Positions 59,440-64,000 of a stretch of DNA of 64,000 nt are shown here, in pieces (position 1 is the stretch's first letter; each line of letters starts with the position of its first letter). Source of the DNA: Eledone cirrhosa (lineage: Eukaryota); the NCBI GenBank assembly GCA_964016885.1, contig OZ024740.1, positions 373,240,001-373,304,000 of the forward strand, in the 5' to 3' direction. Both the position numbers and the translations under genes were made by a program. The notes beneath the pieces are model-generated. The model worked only from the letters and a program-made list of their open reading frames with translations, was not told the DNA's origin and did no database searches.

Positions 59440-59916
59440 TAAACGGAATAGAAAATGCTGACAAATTGTTCACAGTTGAAAAATGGTTTAATTAGGAATA
59501 AAAGAGTATTAGTGATTGTATGGGTTAGTATTCAGGTGTGGTATTAAGTTTTTAAGTTTTTACCGGTTGCGCATTTCTAAATGCTTTTCAAAAATAATTT
59601 TGAGATAGAGTGTCCGTGCTGTTTGCTCTGATCAGATTAGTTTTGGGAATTCTACCTGTTTTTATGTTAAAAAAGTGGCTCCAGCGTTATTTTTGTGTTG
59701 CAAAAATGCTTGTGGTCAAAACAAGTTTGATTGGTCGGTAGAGGTCTTGTGAATGTAAAAAGTTGATTTTGCGCCAAGACTGTTTTTATGTTAAAATGTT
59801 AAAAAAGTGGCTCCAGCAAAAATTATTGGTCAAAACAATTTTGATTGGTCGGTAGAGGTCATGTGGATAAAAAATTGGTTTTGCGCCAAGATTGAGAAAT
59901 GACTCTTTCACAACAA

Positions 59917-59985
<69 letters not shown>

Positions 59986-60067
59986 TGTGTGTGTGTAGTA
60001 GTAGTAGTAAGGTGTTCGATGCTGCGACAATGGCCAGCAGCGATGTGTGTCAAATGGCTATTACGAT

Positions 60068-60141
<74 letters not shown>

Positions 60142-61956
60142 ATATATATATAGTAGAGTCATTCGAAGGTCAAAAGATATTTTTCAACTTTTGTCTTATA
60201 CGGAGAAGTGCGTTTGTGTGTGTGTGTGTGTATAAGTCTCTTTGTATGTTGATGTACGCGTGTGTATGTGTTTGTGTATATATGTGTGTGTGCGTGTGTG
60301 GGTGGACCAGTATTTTTTTCCCCCTGGTAAAATGGTGTACATTATTCGATTTTTTCAGTAAAATCGGTTCTCTTAATAGAACATCAAAAATCTTAACAAT
60401 AAAAGGTGTGAAATGATATTCACTATATATATATACACACATACACACATTCACTACATATATATATATATATACATATATGGTGGCTGCCAACTCGTTT
60501 TCGAGTACGGCCACTACTTTATATCCATGTAGGAAAACCCCTACCGATGCGCGGAACGAGTGTGACTTTTTAGTCCAGCCAGTGACTTGAAAACTCTGGT
60601 ACAAACACTACACTTGTGACAATTAATGACACTTAGTGCTGGGCCTTTGGTATCATGTGACGACAAGTGCAGGGAGATCTCCAGATATAAAGCAATGCCT
60701 GTGCCGTGAAGCTTTTATAGTGAGCAAAGGCACTGCACAAATCCAGTCCCACTCTCTTAACCAAGATGATATTTACCAAAAAGAAGAACAAGTCAACATC
60801 ATTGGATACCATCAGAGTTGCAGGTGTTATATCAGAGTTTTCCTTCTCCTAGAATTCTGCCTTGACAAAGGCTATGGGGTCATCTCTCCCATATACATAT
60901 ATACATACATATATATGCACATATATTTTTTTGTATTGCACCATAGATCATGTGTGTTTACGTGTGTCATTGTGTTTATATGTGGGTAGAGATGTGTGCT
61001 GATGTAGGTATGTATGATGACGTGTGTATGTTGTGGGTTCGTCTTAGGGAGAAGTGTTTAGACGAGGTCCGTATTTGTTAATGAAGTAAGATTCCTTGCT
61101 GATGCGCTGGGTGTGGGTGGCATTATCTTTAAATTTGTAGAGAGGAAAGATTCTGAAGTTGGGATGATTTTGGCGGGAATAGAGGAAAATACCACTGAGT
61201 GAACACATTGATACCTGTGCCGCCCAAAATCATCCCAACTTCAGAATCTTTCCCCTCTACAAATTTAAAGATAATGCCACCCACACCCAGCGCATCAGCA
61301 AGGAATCTTACTTCATTAACAAATACGGACCCCGTCTAAACACTTCTCCCTAAGACGAACCCACAACATACACACGTCAACATACATACCTACATCAGCA
61401 CACATCTCTACCCACATATAAACACAATGACACACGTAAACACACATGCTCTATGGTGCAATACAAAAAGATATATGTGCATATATATGTTTGTATATAT
61501 ATATATATGTAGTGAATGTGTGTATGTGTGTATATATATATAGTGAATATCATTTCACACCTTTTATTGTTAAGATTTTTGATGTTCTATTAAGAGAACC
61601 GATTTTACTGAAAAAATCGAATACTGTACACCATTTTACCAGGGGGAAAAAAATGCTGGTCCACCCACACACACACACACATACACACACACATATATAC
61701 ACAAACACATACACACGCGTACATCAACATACAAAGAGACTTATACACACACACACACACACACACACGCACTTCTCCGTATAAGACAAAAGCTGAAAAA
61801 TATCTTTTGACCTTCGAATGACTCTGCTATATATACACACACACACACACACACATACACACACACTTATCTTAATAGCCATTTGACACACATCGCTGCT
61901 GGCCATTGTCGCAGCATCGAACACCTTACTACTACTACTACTAAACACACACACAC

Positions 61957-62032
<76 letters not shown>

Positions 62033-62560
62033 ACACACACATATTTGTTGTGAAAGAGTCATTTCTCAATCTTGGCGCAAAACCAATTTTTTATCCACAT
62101 GACATCTACCGACCAATCAAAATTGTTTTGACCAATAATTTTTGCTGGAGCCACTTTTTTAACATTTTAACATAAAAACGGTCTTGGCGCAAAATCAACT
62201 TTTTACATTCACATGACCTCTACCGACCAATCAAAATTGTTTTGACCACAAGCATTTTTGCAACACAAAAATAACGCTGGAGCCACTTTTTTAACATAAA
62301 AACAGGTAGAATTCCCAAAACTAATCAGATCAGAGCAAACAGCACGGACACTCTATCTCAAAATTATTTTTGAAAAGCATTCAGAAATGCGCAACCGGTG
62401 AAAACTTAAAAACTTAAAACCACAACTGAATACTAACCCATACAATCACTAATACTCTTTTATTCCTAATTAAACCATTTTTCAACTGTGAACAATTTGT
62501 CAGCATTTTCTATTCCGTTTCCCAATATATAATAACTTGTGTGTTACACCTCTATTCTTT

Positions 62561-62564
<4 letters not shown>
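59437..62564. mobile_element. PLE family F inverted-repeat insertion, about 1.3-kb arms, junction near 61178
   Basis: Right arm begins with GIY-YIG C-terminus RKIPLSEHIDTCAAQNHPNFRIFPLYKF...RISKESYFINKYGPRLN*; the tail is on the right arm only. Confidence 0.92.
60481..60890. mobile_element. Unclassified about 410-bp secondary insertion in the left arm of 59437-62564
   Basis: Absent from the mirrored position (about 61490-61510); sits in an internal (TA)n tract. Confidence 0.7.
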
Positions 62565-62622
<58 letters not shown>

Positions 62623-62627
62623 TACAT

Positions 62628-64000
62628 GGGTGTGTATGATTGTGAATAGAATATTATATTAATAAAAGGAATTCCAACTTTGTCTGATTTACTCGTTTTA
62701 TTTACAATCCTTTAAAATTTTTAAAAATTCATAATGGTATTAGAATGAAATAGTATGGCAGAATATTAAATGTTAAGTGTTAATTGAACAAGTACTTTCA
62801 TGCTTTCGCAATCTTCAGGTTCATAATGTGTGGTGACAGTCAAGTTTTCAATTTTAAACTGTAATGAGATGGGTAAATTTTGTGCCGTATATACGGTGAA
62901 AAGAGGGTCCAGAATGCTAAATCTTGCAAACTGTATTTCGACCAATCGCTCTGTAGTTACACTGGATTACTAAAGCTGATTGGTTTAGGCGTCACGGTTG
63001 GTTGAGCATATCTAACGACTACTCATTGATCCTATCCAAAGCATCAATTGTTTTGCTATTTTTAGAAATGATGAAAATAGAATTTTCTAGTAATCATCAC
63101 TATCAACATCACTTTTTTATTATTATTATTGTTGTTGTTGTTGTTAGTGGTTGTAGTCGGAATGGTCGTAGTCATAGTCATAGTAGGAGTAATGACCCAT
63201 TATTATTGTTCATTTAGCTTGGGTTTGAATTTATCAATAACATTCTTTTCTTTGATTTTTCTCTTGATTTCACTTGGGCTGTGTAATTTGTATAATGGGA
63301 TTATTATAAATATTCCCTCCCCACATGTTGATAGATGGTTACTTAGGGGTATCTGACGGACATTTGCTGTCGGTATACCCGTGCACGTTCCGATAGTGCA
63401 TTTCCTGTTTGACCGACATATAGTTCTTCACAATTCGGGCATTTAATGCAGTAAACTAGATTTCTGCTTTTGCAGTTCATATTTGTATTTGGGAATATTT
63501 TTCCAGTTTTTGTTTTCATATATTGACCGGCGTGTATGGATTGACATGTGCCACATCGACTATCATTGCATTTAGATACAGTGAATGATTGGTCTTTGTT
63601 GTTAAGGTCAAACGTTGCTTTTGTTAGTAATTGCTTCAAATTTTTCGGCTGTCTTTTACTAAGAGTCAAAGATCGATCTGTGATTAAGTCTTTTAATTCA
63701 TTACTTTAAGCAATGATCGGTACGTTTGCTTTAGCAGTGTTGAAGATATTCTGGTGACATGGGTTGTGTGTCATTATAAATGGTATGACCAGTTCTTGGT
63801 TTCTTCTTCCTTGGGTTGTCCTAAGTTGTTGTATAGGTATTTTCATAGCCCGCTGTATGGCATTTTCTATAAGTAGATATGGGTATTTTTGTTTGAGCAA
63901 ACATTCTCTTAGTTCTGTTATGCGTTTGTACCTCGTATTCGTATCTTCTACAATGGTACAGATTCTTCTGGCTAGGCAGTATGGGATGTTGCGTTTTGTA
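62628..64000 (-). mobile_element. Neptune-like PLE 3' part (RT thumb, linker, GIY-YIG, 3' UTR), cut by the window edge
   Basis: NIPYCLARRICTIV, IPFIMTHNP, KRQPKNLK, KCNDSRCGTC, MNCKSRNLVYCIKCPNCEELYVGQT, FKPKLN; ORF ends near 63200. Confidence 0.93.
62785..62823 (-). ncRNA. Minimal type I hammerhead
   Basis: UGAAC-CUGAAGA-UUGC gaaa GCAU-GAAA GUAC UU-GUUCA. Confidence 0.85.

Overview
AT-rich, microsatellite-laden eukaryotic DNA. The SINE family suggests an octopod cephalopod (inference from recalled similarity, not a search). There is no recognisable intact host gene, and most ORF-track entries are microsatellite artefacts. The window is dominated by decayed mobile elements: at least five Penelope-like element (PLE) families with coding remnants (Naiad-like YRDD RT, Poseidon-like YVDD RT, Neptune-like GIY-YIG), plus CR1, RTE and CRE LINE remnants, a Tigger/pogo transposon remnant and about 7 copies of a tRNA-derived SINE. 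The main signal is an RNA-level system. About 25 hammerhead ribozyme (HHR) motifs from more than 10 families are readable by eye. Two non-coding tandem-monomer elements (311 bp at 57506-58803 and 653 bp at 37503-38955) carry one type I HHR per monomer and look like retrozymes (circular-RNA-derived, non-autonomous retroelements). About 15 insertions, coding and non-coding, share one architecture: two inverted copies with 3' ends facing outward into (TA)n, one arm carrying an extra 25-100 nt tail, joined at microhomologies or at the ribozyme cleavage site. Several HHR families use a U3-A8 covariant core. All calls and coordinates were made by eye, and boundaries are approximate.
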